Shown here: piece by piece, positions 33,137 to 42,874 of the stretch | How positions within the stretch are numbered: position 1 is the first letter of the stretch | Layout of the letters: each line of letters begins with the position of its first letter | NCBI GenBank assembly: GCA_963776345.1 | Contig: CAVZMH010000012.1 | Span: 64,001-128,000, forward strand | Origin: an uncultured delta proteobacterium | GTDB taxonomy: Bacteria; Myxococcota; Myxococcia; Myxococcales; Myxococcaceae | Reading direction: 5' to 3' | Length of the DNA stretch: 64,000 bases | The notes under the pieces: model-generated | What the model saw: only the letters and a program-made list of their open reading frames with translations | What the model was told of the DNA's origin: nothing | The model's database searches: none | Made by a program: the position numbers and the translations under genes

Positions 33137-33207
33137 ACGGCCCGGGCGCCGGGGTGATGTGTGAAGCACTCGACAGTGTGGGGGCGGGCCTGCTTTGTTG
33201 CAGGCCC

Positions 33208-34158
33208 GTGGAGTCTCCGCTCTCCCTCCAGGTGGGTCCCCAGGGCCTCCTCCGCTTTGCCGCCGATCGCCGGACCTTGGGCGTCCTGACCGCCCACGCG
33301 GCGCTCACGGTCGCAGCCTGGGTCGTCGCCCCCACGGGCGTGACGCAGCTCGTCGCGATGGCCGTCCTGGGCTACACGGCCTGGCTCACGGCCGTGGTGG
33401 CCCACAACACGGTCCACTGTCCGCTCTTCCGGCGCCGGTGGATGAACTCCGCCTTCCAGGTCTGGGTGAGCCTCTCCTACGGGTTCCCCATCAGCGAGTA
33501 CATCCCGGGCCACAACCTCTCGCATCACCGGTTCCTCCAGGCGCGCGAGGACGTGATGCGCACCTCGAAGGTGCGCTTCCGCTGGAATCTCCTCAACCTC
33601 CTGGCGTTCCCGTTCGCCGTCACCCCGGCCATCCTCCGCGGGAACCGGCGCTACGCCTCGCTCAAGGGGAGCCAGGGCTGGCGGCGGCAGCTGCGGCTCG
33701 AGGCGGTCATCGTCTGGGGCGTGAAGCTCGGGCTGTTCGCGCTCGACTGGCGCAAGGCGCTCTGCTTCGTGCTGCTCCCGCAGCTCGTCGCCAACCTGGG
33801 CATCGTGGGCATCAACTTCTTCTGGCATGACGGCTGCGACCCCGACCACCCGGTGAACCACTCCCGGAACTTCGTCGGACCGCTGCTCAACTTCCTGACC
33901 CTCAACAACGGCTACCACGGCGTTCATCACCTCGAGCCGGGGCTGCACTGGAGCCTCCTGCCCGAGGCGCACGCCAAGCGGATCCGCCCCGGGCTGCACC
34001 CGGCGCTCGAGCAACGCTCGCTGCTCGCCTATGCGTGGCGGACGTTCGTGTACCCGGGCCGCCGGGAGACCTTCGACGGACGCCCGGTGACCTTCCCCGA
34101 GCTGGACACCGACCTCGACTGGGTCACGCCCGAGCGCGGGGAAGCCCAGGCCGCATAG
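33208..34158 (+). CDS. Membrane fatty acid desaturase family protein
   Basis: His boxes HNTVH, HNLSHH, YHGVHH and TM segments; start could be 33154. Confidence 0.85.
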   Translation: MESPLSLQVGPQGLLRFAADRRTLGVLTAHAALTVAAWVVAPTGVTQLVAMAVLGYTAWLTAVVAHNTVHCPLFRRRWMNSAFQVWVSLSYGFPISEYIPGHNLSHHRFLQAREDVMRTSKVRFRWNLLNLLAFPFAVTPAILRGNRRYASLKGSQGWRRQLRLEAVIVWGVKLGLFALDWRKALCFVLLPQLVANLGIVGINFFWHDGCDPDHPVNHSRNFVGPLLNFLTLNNGYHGVHHLEPGLHWSLLPEAHAKRIRPGLHPALEQRSLLAYAWRTFVYPGRRETFDGRPVTFPELDTDLDWVTPERGEAQAA

Positions 34159-34223
34159 CCGCGCGGGGGCCCGCGGGTCCTGGCTGGAGTTTCGTCCCGG
34201 CCGGCGCGATGGTCGCGGGTCCC

Positions 34224-35216
34224 ATGGCAGACACCTTCACCGCGCTGGTTGCCGAGCAGGCCGATGGGCGCACGCAGGTCAAGCGGACCACGCTCGAGGA
34301 GGCGGCGCTCCCTCCCGGCGAGATCACCATCGACATCGCCTACAGCTCGCTCAACTACAAGGACGGGCTCGCGCTCACCGGTCGCGGGAAGGTCATTCGC
34401 AAGTGGCCGATGGTGCCGGGCATCGACCTCGCCGGGCGGGTGCGCTCGAGCGCCAGCCCGCGCTTCAAGCCCGGCGACCCGGTGCTGATCACCGGCAACG
34501 GGCTGGGGGTGAGCTGGTGGGGCGGCTTCGCGCAGCGGGCCCGGGTCAAGGAGTCGATGGTGCTGCCCATCCCCCCGGGGATGGACGCGCGCACGTCGAT
34601 GGCCATCGGGACGGCGGGCTTCACCGCCGCGCTCTGCGTGCTGGCGCTCCAGGACCACGGGACGCTGAAGACGGACCGCGAGCTGGTGGTCACCGGCGCG
34701 GCCGGCGGCGTGGGCTCCATCGCCGTGGGGCTGCTGGCCGCGCTCGGCAAGAAGGTGGTCGCCTCGACCGGACGCACGTCCGAGGCGGACTACCTCAAGA
34801 AGCTCGGCGCCGTGGACATCATCGGTCGCGACGTGCTCGCGCAGAAGGGGCCGCCGCTGGCCTCCGAGCGGTGGGGCGGCGGCGTGGACACCGTGGGCGG
34901 GCAGACCCTGGTCACCCTGTGCAGCCAGACCGCGTACCGCGGCGCGGTGGCCGCATGCGGGCTCGCCGGGGGCTCGGACTTCCCCGGCACCGTGTTCCCC
35001 TTCATCCTCCGCAACGTCGCCCTGCTCGGCTGCGACTCGGACCTGACCCCGCCCGAGGAGCGCATCCGGGCCTGGAAGCTCCTGGGGGACCAGCTGGGCA
35101 AGCTGCACCTGGGCGAGGTGACCCAGGAGGTCCCGCTGTCCCAGCTGGTGGAGTTCGCCCCCCGCATCGTGGACGGCCAGGTGCGCGGGCGCGTGGTCGT
35201 GAACGTGAATGCCTGA
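34224..35216 (+). CDS. acuI: YhdH/AcuI family medium-chain reductase (acryloyl-CoA reductase-like)
   Basis: YSSLNYKDGLA, PGIDLAG, AIGTAGFTA, TGAAGGVGS, VFPFILRNV. Confidence 0.85.
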   Translation: MADTFTALVAEQADGRTQVKRTTLEEAALPPGEITIDIAYSSLNYKDGLALTGRGKVIRKWPMVPGIDLAGRVRSSASPRFKPGDPVLITGNGLGVSWWGGFAQRARVKESMVLPIPPGMDARTSMAIGTAGFTAALCVLALQDHGTLKTDRELVVTGAAGGVGSIAVGLLAALGKKVVASTGRTSEADYLKKLGAVDIIGRDVLAQKGPPLASERWGGGVDTVGGQTLVTLCSQTAYRGAVAACGLAGGSDFPGTVFPFILRNVALLGCDSDLTPPEERIRAWKLLGDQLGKLHLGEVTQEVPLSQLVEFAPRIVDGQVRGRVVVNVNA

Positions 35217-36171
35217 GCACGCGGTCCTCTTCACCCGGGCGTTGCCGGAGGCGGTCGAGCGCCGCGCGGCACGCGACTACCGGCTCGTCGCCAACCCCGA
35301 GGACCGCCCGCTGTCGGCCGACGAGCTGGTGGCGCGGAGCCAGGACGTGGACGCGGTGGTGTGCACCGTGGCCGACCGGATGAGCGCCGGCGTCCTCTCC
35401 CGGCTCCCGGCGCGGGTCCGCATCGTGGCCAGCTTCGGGGTGGGCACCGACCACCTCGACCTCGCGGCGGCGAAGGCCCGGGGCCTGGTGGTGTCGAACA
35501 CCCCCGAGGTGCTGACCGACGCCACGGCCGAGGTTGCGCTGCTCCTCCTCCTCGGCGCCGCCCGCCGCGCGACCGAGGGTCAGGAGCTGCTCCGCGCGGG
35601 CAAGTGGACCGGCTGGGCGCCCACGCAGCTCATGGGCCGGCAGCTGAGCGGCAAGCGCCTCGGCATCGTGGGGATGGGGCGCATCGGCCAGGCCATGGCC
35701 CGGCGGGCCCGGGGCTTCGGCGTCGAGATCCACTACACCGATCAGCGGCGCCTTCCCCCCGAGCGCGAGGAGGGCGCCACCTTCCACCCGAGCGTGGAGG
35801 AGCTGCTCCCGCTGAGCGAGCTGCTCTCGCTGCACGCGCCCTCCACGCCCGAGACGCGCCACCTGCTCGATGCGCGTCGGCTGGCGCTGCTCCCGCGCGG
35901 CGCCATCGTGGTGAACAGCGCGCGGGGCGACCTGGTGGACGACGAGGCGCTCATCGCCGCCCTGCGCTCGGGGCAGGTGGGGGCCGCCGGCCTGGACGTG
36001 TTCCAGGGCGAGCCGGCCGTGCACCCCGGGTACCGGAGCCTGCCCAACACCTTCCTCCTGCCCCACATGGGCAGCGCGACCATCGAGACCCGCGAGGCGA
36101 TGGGGTTCCGGGCGCTGGACAACGTGGACGCGGTCCTCTCGGGCAGGCCCGCGCCGGACCGGGTGGCCTGA
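35209..36171 (+). CDS. D-2-hydroxyacid dehydrogenase (glyoxylate/hydroxypyruvate reductase-like)
   Basis: NTPEVLTDATAE, GIVGMGRIG, NSARG, GLDVF..EP, PHMGSAT. Confidence 0.9.
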   Translation: MPEHAVLFTRALPEAVERRAARDYRLVANPEDRPLSADELVARSQDVDAVVCTVADRMSAGVLSRLPARVRIVASFGVGTDHLDLAAAKARGLVVSNTPEVLTDATAEVALLLLLGAARRATEGQELLRAGKWTGWAPTQLMGRQLSGKRLGIVGMGRIGQAMARRARGFGVEIHYTDQRRLPPEREEGATFHPSVEELLPLSELLSLHAPSTPETRHLLDARRLALLPRGAIVVNSARGDLVDDEALIAALRSGQVGAAGLDVFQGEPAVHPGYRSLPNTFLLPHMGSATIETREAMGFRALDNVDAVLSGRPAPDRVA

Positions 36172-36199
36172 CCGCGCGCCGTCGATTAGGTGCGGGGCC

Positions 36200-37267
36200 G
36201 TGGCCCACCTGCTCGACCCGCTGACCCTGCGCTCCGTCACCCTCCCCAACCGGATCGGCGTCTCGCCCATGTGCGAGTACAGCTCCGAGGACGGCTTCGC
36301 CAACGACTGGCATCTGGTCCACCTCGGCTCGCGGGCCGTGGGCGGAGCGGGCCTGGTGCTCACCGAGGCCGCCGCCGTCGAGGCCCGGGGGCGCATCAGC
36401 CCGCGCGACCTGGGCCTGTGGAAGGACGCCCACGTCGACTTCCTGGGGCGCATCGTGCGCTTCGTCGAGGCGCGGGGGGCGGTGGCGGGGGTGCAGCTGG
36501 CGCACGCCGGGCGAAAGGGAAGCACCGCGGTGCCGTGGGAGGGCGGACAGGGCGTCGGTCCGGAGCAGGGCGGCTGGGAGCCCATCGCCCCCAGCGCGGT
36601 GGCCTTCTCCGAGCGGACGATCGCGCCCCGGGCCATGTCGCTCGAGGACATCCGCGAGGTGACCCGGGCCTTCGCCGGGGCGGCCCGGCGCGCCGAGGCG
36701 GCGGGATTCGGGGTGGTGGAGCTGCACTTCGCCCACGGGTACCTGGTGCACGAGTTCCTCTCGCCGCTCTCCAACCGGCGGGAGGACGGCTACGGCGGCG
36801 GGTTCGAGCAGCGGATCCGCCTGGCGCTGGAGATCGCCCGCGCCGTCCGGGCGGAGTGGCCGGAGCGGCTGCCGCTGCTCGCGCGCCTGTCGTGCACCGA
36901 CTGGGTCGAGGGCGGCTGGTCGGTGGACGAGAGCGTGGAGCTGGCGCGCCGGCTGGGCGCCGAGGGGGTGGACCTGGTGGATTGCAGCTCGGGTGGGCTG
37001 GTCCCCAACGCGCGGATCGACGCGGTCCCCGGGTACCAGGTGCCCTTCGCCCGCCGCATCCGCGCCGAGGCCGGCGTGGCCACCGCCGCGGTGGGCCTGA
37101 TCACCGAGCCGGCGCAGGCCGAGGCCATCGTCCACGGCGGCGAGGCGGAGATGGTGTTCCTCGCCCGGGCGATGCTCCGCGACCCGTACTGGCCGCTCCA
37201 CGCTGCGGCCGCGCTCGGACGCCCCGAGGCTCGACGCGTCCCGGCGCAGTACCTCCGGGCGTTCTAG
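36200..37267 (+). CDS. Old yellow enzyme, YqjM/NamA-like NADH:flavin oxidoreductase
   Basis: NRIGVSPMCEYS, QLAHAGRK, HFAHGYL, PGYQVPFA, RDPYWP. Confidence 0.92.
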   Translation: MAHLLDPLTLRSVTLPNRIGVSPMCEYSSEDGFANDWHLVHLGSRAVGGAGLVLTEAAAVEARGRISPRDLGLWKDAHVDFLGRIVRFVEARGAVAGVQLAHAGRKGSTAVPWEGGQGVGPEQGGWEPIAPSAVAFSERTIAPRAMSLEDIREVTRAFAGAARRAEAAGFGVVELHFAHGYLVHEFLSPLSNRREDGYGGGFEQRIRLALEIARAVRAEWPERLPLLARLSCTDWVEGGWSVDESVELARRLGAEGVDLVDCSSGGLVPNARIDAVPGYQVPFARRIRAEAGVATAAVGLITEPAQAEAIVHGGEAEMVFLARAMLRDPYWPLHAAAALGRPEARRVPAQYLRAF

Positions 37268-37432
37268 CGCCCGACTCGACCGGCCCCTGGGCCTCGAGCG
37301 CCGCGCCGCTCCCGCCCGCAGGCACGCCAGGCCACCGTCCGAGCCGCTTCTCGGCCAGGACCGGCGGACCCGTGCCCGGGCTCGCCGAGGGAGGCGGACG
37401 CTGGCAGGCTCGGGCGCATGCGCAGGCATCCG

Positions 37433-38269
37433 ATGCGCGCACCGCTCGTGACGCTGTGGCTTCTGGCCTCGCCCGCTCTGGCGCAGGAGGGCAGCGGCGC
37501 GCCCGGACCCTCGCCTCCGTCTCCGGCCCGGCCTGCCCCCGAGTCCGAGATCGGCGAGGCACCGCCCCCGGCGCCGGCGCCGCCCTCCGCGCCGCCACCG
37601 TCGAGCGGCCAGACGAGACCGGTCATCGAGCCCCCGCTCGACGCGCCACCGTTCCCGGTGGCGGCGCCGCCACCGAGCGTGCCGCCACCGAGCCTGCCGC
37701 CATCGAGCGTGCTGCCACCGCCCGTCCCGCTCTCGGTTCCCCCGGATCCGACACGGCACCGCCACCTCGGTCTCTATTTCCACGTCGATCTCGGCGGCGG
37801 GTTCCTGCGGTCGTCGCCCTCTCCGTCCGGAACGACACCCGCGTTCTCCGGCGGCGCCGTGTCGGTGTCGGTCGCCGGTGGATGGGCCTTCTCGGAGAAC
37901 TGGATCGCCGCGATGGATGTCTGGGCCTGTGCCGCGCCGGCCGGTCAGTTCGGTCCGGACGCGACGCTGGGGCTGACCGGCATCGGCGTGGGCATCACCC
38001 ACTACCTCATGCCGGCGAACGTCTTCGTGTCGCTCAGCCCGTCCGTCACCGTGCTGAGCATCAACGACCAGAACAGCAACGAGGTGGGCAGGACGGAGTA
38101 CGGATTCGGGGCGAAGCTCGCGGTCGGCAAGGAGTGGTGGATCGGTGACCACTGGGGCATCGGCCTCGCGGCCCAGCTCTTCTTCGGCATCAACAAGGAC
38201 CGGGGGACCGATCCGCCCACCTGGACGAGCTTCGGCGCCGGGCTCGTCTTCAGCGCCACCTACAACTGA
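37433..38269 (+). CDS. Secreted protein with Pro-rich linker and C-terminal outer-membrane beta-barrel-like domain
   Basis: Signal peptide ending ALA-Q, about 85 aa Pro-rich region, then amphipathic strands (GKEWWIGDHWGIG, FSATYN). Confidence 0.7.
   Translation: MRAPLVTLWLLASPALAQEGSGAPGPSPPSPARPAPESEIGEAPPPAPAPPSAPPPSSGQTRPVIEPPLDAPPFPVAAPPPSVPPPSLPPSSVLPPPVPLSVPPDPTRHRHLGLYFHVDLGGGFLRSSPSPSGTTPAFSGGAVSVSVAGGWAFSENWIAAMDVWACAAPAGQFGPDATLGLTGIGVGITHYLMPANVFVSLSPSVTVLSINDQNSNEVGRTEYGFGAKLAVGKEWWIGDHWGIGLAAQLFFGINKDRGTDPPTWTSFGAGLVFSATYN
37670..37714 (+). repeat. 3 x 15-bp imperfect coding tandem repeat (PPSVP/PPSLP/PSSVL)
   Basis: CCACCGAGCGTGCCG CCACCGAGCCTGCCG CCATCGAGCGTGCTG. Confidence 0.75.
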
Positions 38270-38442
38270 GTGCGGCCTTGACGCGCGGTGCGTGACGCAC
38301 CGTGACGCGATGTCTGATCCTTCGGTCAGCCTAGCCCCGGAGTGACGGATGGATGCGGCACGCGACAACCCAGTCCGCCCGAGAGAACGAAAACCTTTCC
38401 CGGGCGCCGGGCATTCGAGAGAGAGTTCCGGGAGTTGGGGCG

Positions 38443-39243
38443 ATGACCAGCGCAGATCCGACGCAGGCTCGGGCCGAGACCGACGCGCTCCTCGAGCACG
38501 CCGCGGAGCTTCCTCTGGCCATCATCCAGACCGATGGCGACGGAACCATCCAGCGCTGGGCCGGCGCTGCCGAGCGTCTCCTCGGCTGGTCGGCCGCCGA
38601 GGTCCTCGGCAAGCACATCGAGGCGCTGGAGCTGATCCACCAGGCGGACCTCCCGCTCGTCAACGTCGTGGTCGGTCGGCTGCGGTCGGGCCCCGAGACG
38701 CGGATGGTGCACCGGAATCGGACCCTGACCCGCTCCGGCGAGGTGCGGCACTGCGAGTGGACGCGGATCCGCCTCGCCGGGCCCGGCGGTGAGCTTCCCG
38801 CGATGCTCTCCTACGTGGCCGACGTCACCCCCCAGGTCGCCGCCGAGGCCGCGGCCGGCCGCGCGATGGCCGAGCTGGACCGCTGGCTCCACGCCTGCCC
38901 CGATGGCTTCCTCGGCCTCGACCGGGAATGGCGCATCACCCACTGGAATCCCTGCGCCGAGCGGATGCTGGAGAAGTCACGCTCCGAGGTGCTGGGTCGC
39001 AAGCTGTGGAGCGTCCTCCCCGAGCTGTGGGGGAGCACGTTTCACCGCGCCTTCACCGAAGCGCTCGGGGACGGGCACCTCCACATCCTCGAGGAGCGCT
39101 GGCCGGTGGGCCAGAACTGGTACGGGGTCACCGTCGCACGATCGCCGCGGGGGCTGTTCGTGTTCTTCCGCGACGTGACCGGCCGCCGCCAGCTCGAGGA
39201 GGATCTGCTCACCGCCTATGGCGAGATCCGCCTGACCGGCTAG
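38443..39243 (+). CDS. Tandem PAS-domain protein with no output domain
   Basis: PLAIIQTDGDGTIQRW..AAERLLGWSAAEVLGK and PDGFLGLDREWRITHWNPCAE...FFRDVTGRR; stop follows the second PAS. Confidence 0.82.
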   Translation: MTSADPTQARAETDALLEHAAELPLAIIQTDGDGTIQRWAGAAERLLGWSAAEVLGKHIEALELIHQADLPLVNVVVGRLRSGPETRMVHRNRTLTRSGEVRHCEWTRIRLAGPGGELPAMLSYVADVTPQVAAEAAAGRAMAELDRWLHACPDGFLGLDREWRITHWNPCAERMLEKSRSEVLGRKLWSVLPELWGSTFHRAFTEALGDGHLHILEERWPVGQNWYGVTVARSPRGLFVFFRDVTGRRQLEEDLLTAYGEIRLTG

Positions 39244-39626
39244 CGCGTCGGCGGGCGCTGCGGGAACCAGTGGCCGGCGAGCGTGGCGGTCACCAGGGTC
39301 AGCGCGTCCAGCAGCCCGAAGGCGAGCAGGTGGCGGAGCACCGTCGGCGCCGCAGGCAAGCCGGGTCCGAGCAGCAGCGCCAGCACCCCGTGGAGCGCGA
39401 CGGTCTGTCCCGGCGCGAGGAGCGCGGCCAGGGCCAGCGCCTCCGGGATCCGGTCCGCACGGAAGCGGGCGAGGAACGCCGCCACCGCGACCAGGGCCAC
39501 CGCGCCCCAGGCGACCATCGCCCAGGTGGAGGCCTCCGCCCGCGCCATCAGCACGAAGGCGCCGGCGAGGAGCGCCGTCCCCACCGTGGCCGAGGCCACC
39601 GCCAGCGCGCGGCCCCCGCGGGTCAC
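39240..39626 (-). CDS. Small hydrophobic membrane protein (about 4 TM), unknown function
   Basis: GTG overlaps the stop of the upstream decarboxylase; Ala/Leu-rich helices. Confidence 0.55.
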   Translation of the reverse strand: MTRGGRALAVASATVGTALLAGAFVLMARAEASTWAMVAWGAVALVAVAAFLARFRADRIPEALALAALLAPGQTVALHGVLALLLGPGLPAAPTVLRHLLAFGLLDALTLVTATLAGHWFPQRPPTR

Positions 39627-40393
39627 GGCTCGACCCGGACCGAGATGCTTCCCAGCCAGCCCGCGTCCAGCCTGACCTCCATCCCGGCGGCGAGCGGCTC
39701 GGCGACCGTGGCCGCGCCGGCGAGGACCACGCTCCCCGGCGGGAGCGACTGACCCCGCCCGGCGAGCAGCGCGCACAGCTGGACCACCGAGAGCACCGGA
39801 TCCCCGGAGATGGCCGCGCCGGTCGCGCGCTGCCGGGCGCTGCCGTCGATGGACATCACCAGCTCGACCCGGCAGAGGTCGCGGCCCTCCACCTCGAGCC
39901 AGCGCTCGGGCAACACCACGTGAGAGGACGAGGCGTTGTCCGCCACCACGTCCGGGAGGCTGAAGTACTTGAAGTCGCGGTACCGCGAATCGAGGATCTC
40001 CAGCGCCGGACCCACCGCGGTGCAGGCGGAGAGGACCGCCGCCCGGTCCGGCGTCCCGTCGAGGCCGCGGGCGAAGCGGAAGGCGATCTCCGGCTCGATC
40101 TTCGGATGCAGCGTGCCGCCGAGATGGAACGTCCCGCGGACGACCATCGCGTCGGTGAGCACGCCGTAGATGGGGGCTCCGAGCGACATCTGCCGTCGCT
40201 TGGCCTCCGAGGTGAGCCCCATCTTCATCCCGATGACCCGCTCGCCGCGGGCGACGCGCAGCGCAATGCCGGCGTCCATCACCCGGTACGCCTGGGGGAG
40301 GTCCAGGTCGGGAGCCTCGAGCGTCAGCCGCTCCACCTCCCGGCCGTGCCGCCGCGCGTCGTCCAGGTGACCCGCCAGGCGCTCGATGTCCAT
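39623..40393 (-). CDS. 4-oxalocrotonate decarboxylase / 2-oxopent-4-enoate hydratase family protein
   Basis: GMKMGLTSEAKR, PKIEPEIAF, LEILDSR, VADNASS; divergent from the aminomuconate genes. Confidence 0.88.
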   Translation of the reverse strand: MDIERLAGHLDDARRHGREVERLTLEAPDLDLPQAYRVMDAGIALRVARGERVIGMKMGLTSEAKRRQMSLGAPIYGVLTDAMVVRGTFHLGGTLHPKIEPEIAFRFARGLDGTPDRAAVLSACTAVGPALEILDSRYRDFKYFSLPDVVADNASSSHVVLPERWLEVEGRDLCRVELVMSIDGSARQRATGAAISGDPVLSVVQLCALLAGRGQSLPPGSVVLAGAATVAEPLAAGMEVRLDAGWLGSISVRVEP

Positions 40394-40469
40394 CCTCACG
40401 CTCCTCCGCGCACCACCCGTCCCCCCGGCGCCGGCCCGGGTGGCGCATACTAGGAGAGGCGGAGGGTTC

Positions 40470-41921
40470 ATGGACGGCGTCCTCAACGTCATCGACGGCC
40501 GGGAGGCCCCGGCGCGGTCCGGGGCGACGCTCCCCAACTGGGAGCCCGCCACCGGCGGCCCCCTGGGCACCCTGCCCGACTCGGACGCCGCCGACGTGGC
40601 CGACGCGGTCGACGCCGCCCGGCGCGCCTTCCCCGCCTGGAGCGCCACCCCCGCCCCGGTCCGGAGCCGCCTCCTGCGCAAGGTGGCCGACGCCCTGCGC
40701 CAGGCCCTGCCCGAGCTCGCCCGCGCCGAGTCGGTGGACACGGGCAAGCCCCTCTCGGTCGCCGCCGAGGTGGACATCCCGCGGGCCGTCCTGAACTTCG
40801 AGTTCTTCGCCGACGCCGCCACCCAGTTCGCGAGCGAGTGCCACCCCATGGACGGGCACGCGCTGAACGTCACCCTGCGGCACCCCCTGGGCGTGGTGGG
40901 GACCATCTCGCCCTGGAATTTCCCGCTCTACCTCCTGACCTGGAAGGTGGCGCCCGCCCTGGCCGTGGGCAACACGGTGGTCGCCAAGCCGTCGGAGGTG
41001 ACGCCGGTCACTGCGCACCGGCTCGGGCGCATCGCGCTGGAGGCGGGCCTGCCCCCGGGCGTGCTGAACATCGTGCACGGGCTCGGGCCCAAGGTGGGGC
41101 CTGCGCTCTGCAGCCACCCCGAGGTGAAGGCCATCTCCTTCACCGGGAGCACCCGCACCGGGGCGGAGATCGCCCGCACCGCCGCGCCGCTGTTCAAGAA
41201 GCTCTCCCTGGAGATGGGCGGGAAGAACCCGGTGGTCATCTTCGCCGACGCGGACCTGGACGCGGCGGTGGCCACCACCGTGCGCTCGTCGTTCGCCAAC
41301 CAGGGGCAGATCTGCCTCTGCTGCCCGCGCATCTTCGTGGAGCGGAGCGTCTACGCCCGGGTCCGCGACGCGCTGGTGGAGCGCACCCGGGCGCTGAAGC
41401 TCGGCGACCCGCTCCTGCCCGACACCGAGCAGGGCGCCCTGGTCAGCCGGGCCCACCTGGACAAGGTGCTCTCCTATCTCGCGCTGGCCCGCGAGGAGGG
41501 CGGGCGGTTCCTCACCGGCGGCAAGCGGGCCGAGGTGGGCGGGCGCTGCCGCGAGGGGTGGTTCGTCGAGCCGACCCTGGTCGAGGGCCTGGGCCCGCTG
41601 TGCCGCACCAACCAGGAGGAGATCTTCGGCCCGGTGGCGGCGCTGATGCCCTTCGACTCGGAGGACGAGGTCCTCCGCGCCTGCAACGGCGTCCGCTACG
41701 GCCTGGCCGCGTCGGTGTGGACGCGGGACCTGGTCCGGGCCCACCGCTTCAGCGCGGCGCTGGAGAGCGGCATCGTCTGGGTGAACACCTGGATGCTCCG
41801 CGACCTGCGCACCCCGTTCGGCGGGATGAAGGACTCGGGCGTGGGCCGCGAGGGCGGCCAGGAGGCGCTCCGCTTCTTCACCGAGCCCCAGAACGTCTGC
41901 ATCCACCTCGCAGGAGGTTGA
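40470..41921 (+). CDS. 2-aminomuconate/2-hydroxymuconate semialdehyde dehydrogenase
   Basis: VDIPRA..NF.FFA, SPWNFPLYLLTWKVAPALA, FTGS, LEMGGKNP, NQGQICLC, EEIFGP, RDLRTPFGG; gene context. Confidence 0.88.
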   Translation: MDGVLNVIDGREAPARSGATLPNWEPATGGPLGTLPDSDAADVADAVDAARRAFPAWSATPAPVRSRLLRKVADALRQALPELARAESVDTGKPLSVAAEVDIPRAVLNFEFFADAATQFASECHPMDGHALNVTLRHPLGVVGTISPWNFPLYLLTWKVAPALAVGNTVVAKPSEVTPVTAHRLGRIALEAGLPPGVLNIVHGLGPKVGPALCSHPEVKAISFTGSTRTGAEIARTAAPLFKKLSLEMGGKNPVVIFADADLDAAVATTVRSSFANQGQICLCCPRIFVERSVYARVRDALVERTRALKLGDPLLPDTEQGALVSRAHLDKVLSYLALAREEGGRFLTGGKRAEVGGRCREGWFVEPTLVEGLGPLCRTNQEEIFGPVAALMPFDSEDEVLRACNGVRYGLAASVWTRDLVRAHRFSAALESGIVWVNTWMLRDLRTPFGGMKDSGVGREGGQEALRFFTEPQNVCIHLAGG

Positions 41922-41927
41922 AGGCCC

Positions 41928-42347
41928 ATGCCGGACCGAGTGACCTCGCAGCGCGCCGCGCCCCCGGTGGGCGCCTTCCCGCATGCCCGCAGGGTGGGGA
42001 ACCTCCTCTTCCTCTCGGGCATCGGCCCGCGGGTCCGGGGAAGCAAGGACATCCCCGGGGTCACCCTGGACGCCCAGGGCAACGTGACCGACCACGACAT
42101 CGCCATCCAGTGCAAGAGCGTGTTCGAGAACGTGCGCGCCATCCTCGAGGACGCCGGCACCACCTGGGACCGCCTGGTGGACGTGACGGTGTTCCTCACC
42201 GACATGGAGAACGACTTCGCGGTCTACAACCGGCTCTGGGCGGAGCACTTCAAGGACGCCCAGCCGTGCCGGACCACGGTGGAGGTGACCCGGCTGCCCA
42301 CGCCCATCGCCATCGAGCTGAAGTGCATCGCCACGATGCCGGAGTGA
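41928..42347 (+). CDS. RidA family protein, probable 2-aminomuconate deaminase
   Basis: PVGAFPHARRVGNLLFLSG, PCRTTVEV, IAIELK; gene context. Confidence 0.85.
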   Translation: MPDRVTSQRAAPPVGAFPHARRVGNLLFLSGIGPRVRGSKDIPGVTLDAQGNVTDHDIAIQCKSVFENVRAILEDAGTTWDRLVDVTVFLTDMENDFAVYNRLWAEHFKDAQPCRTTVEVTRLPTPIAIELKCIATMPE

Positions 42348-42349
42348 CC

Positions 42350-42862
42350 ATGCCCAGGCTGCAGGCCCTCAACTTCAAGAAGTGGATCGACGAGCACCGG
42401 CATCTGCTCAAGCCGCCGGTGGGGAACCAGCAGATCTGGGCCGACCGCGAGTTCATGGTCACGGTGGTCGGCGGCCCGAACGCGCGGCGCGACTTCCACG
42501 TCAACGAGGGCGAGGAGTTCTTCTACCAGCTCGAGGGCGACATCGCGCTCCACGTCCTGGTGGACGGGAAGCGGGAGATGGTCCCCATCCGCGAGGGCGA
42601 GATCTTCCTCCTCCCGCCCAACGTGCCGCACTCGCCGCAGCGCCCGCCGAACACCATCGGCCTGGTGCTGGAGCGGCGGCGGCTGCCTCACGAGAAGGAC
42701 AGCTTCCTCTGGGTCTGCGAGAAGTGCGGACAGGAGCTGTACCGCGAGTCGATCCACCTGACCGACATCGTCCAGCAGCTGCCCCCGGTGTTCGACCACT
42801 TCTACGGCGACGAGAAGAACACCACCTGCCGGAAGTGCGGCACCCGCGCCGCCCGGGCCTGA
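42350..42862 (+). CDS. nbaC: 3-hydroxyanthranilate 3,4-dioxygenase
   Basis: LKPPVGN, VGGPNARRDFH.NEGEEFFYQ, PHSPQR, rubredoxin-like CEKC...CRKC. Confidence 0.95.
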   Translation: MPRLQALNFKKWIDEHRHLLKPPVGNQQIWADREFMVTVVGGPNARRDFHVNEGEEFFYQLEGDIALHVLVDGKREMVPIREGEIFLLPPNVPHSPQRPPNTIGLVLERRRLPHEKDSFLWVCEKCGQELYRESIHLTDIVQQLPPVFDHFYGDEKNTTCRKCGTRAARA

Positions 42863-42874
42863 GGCCGGAAACCG

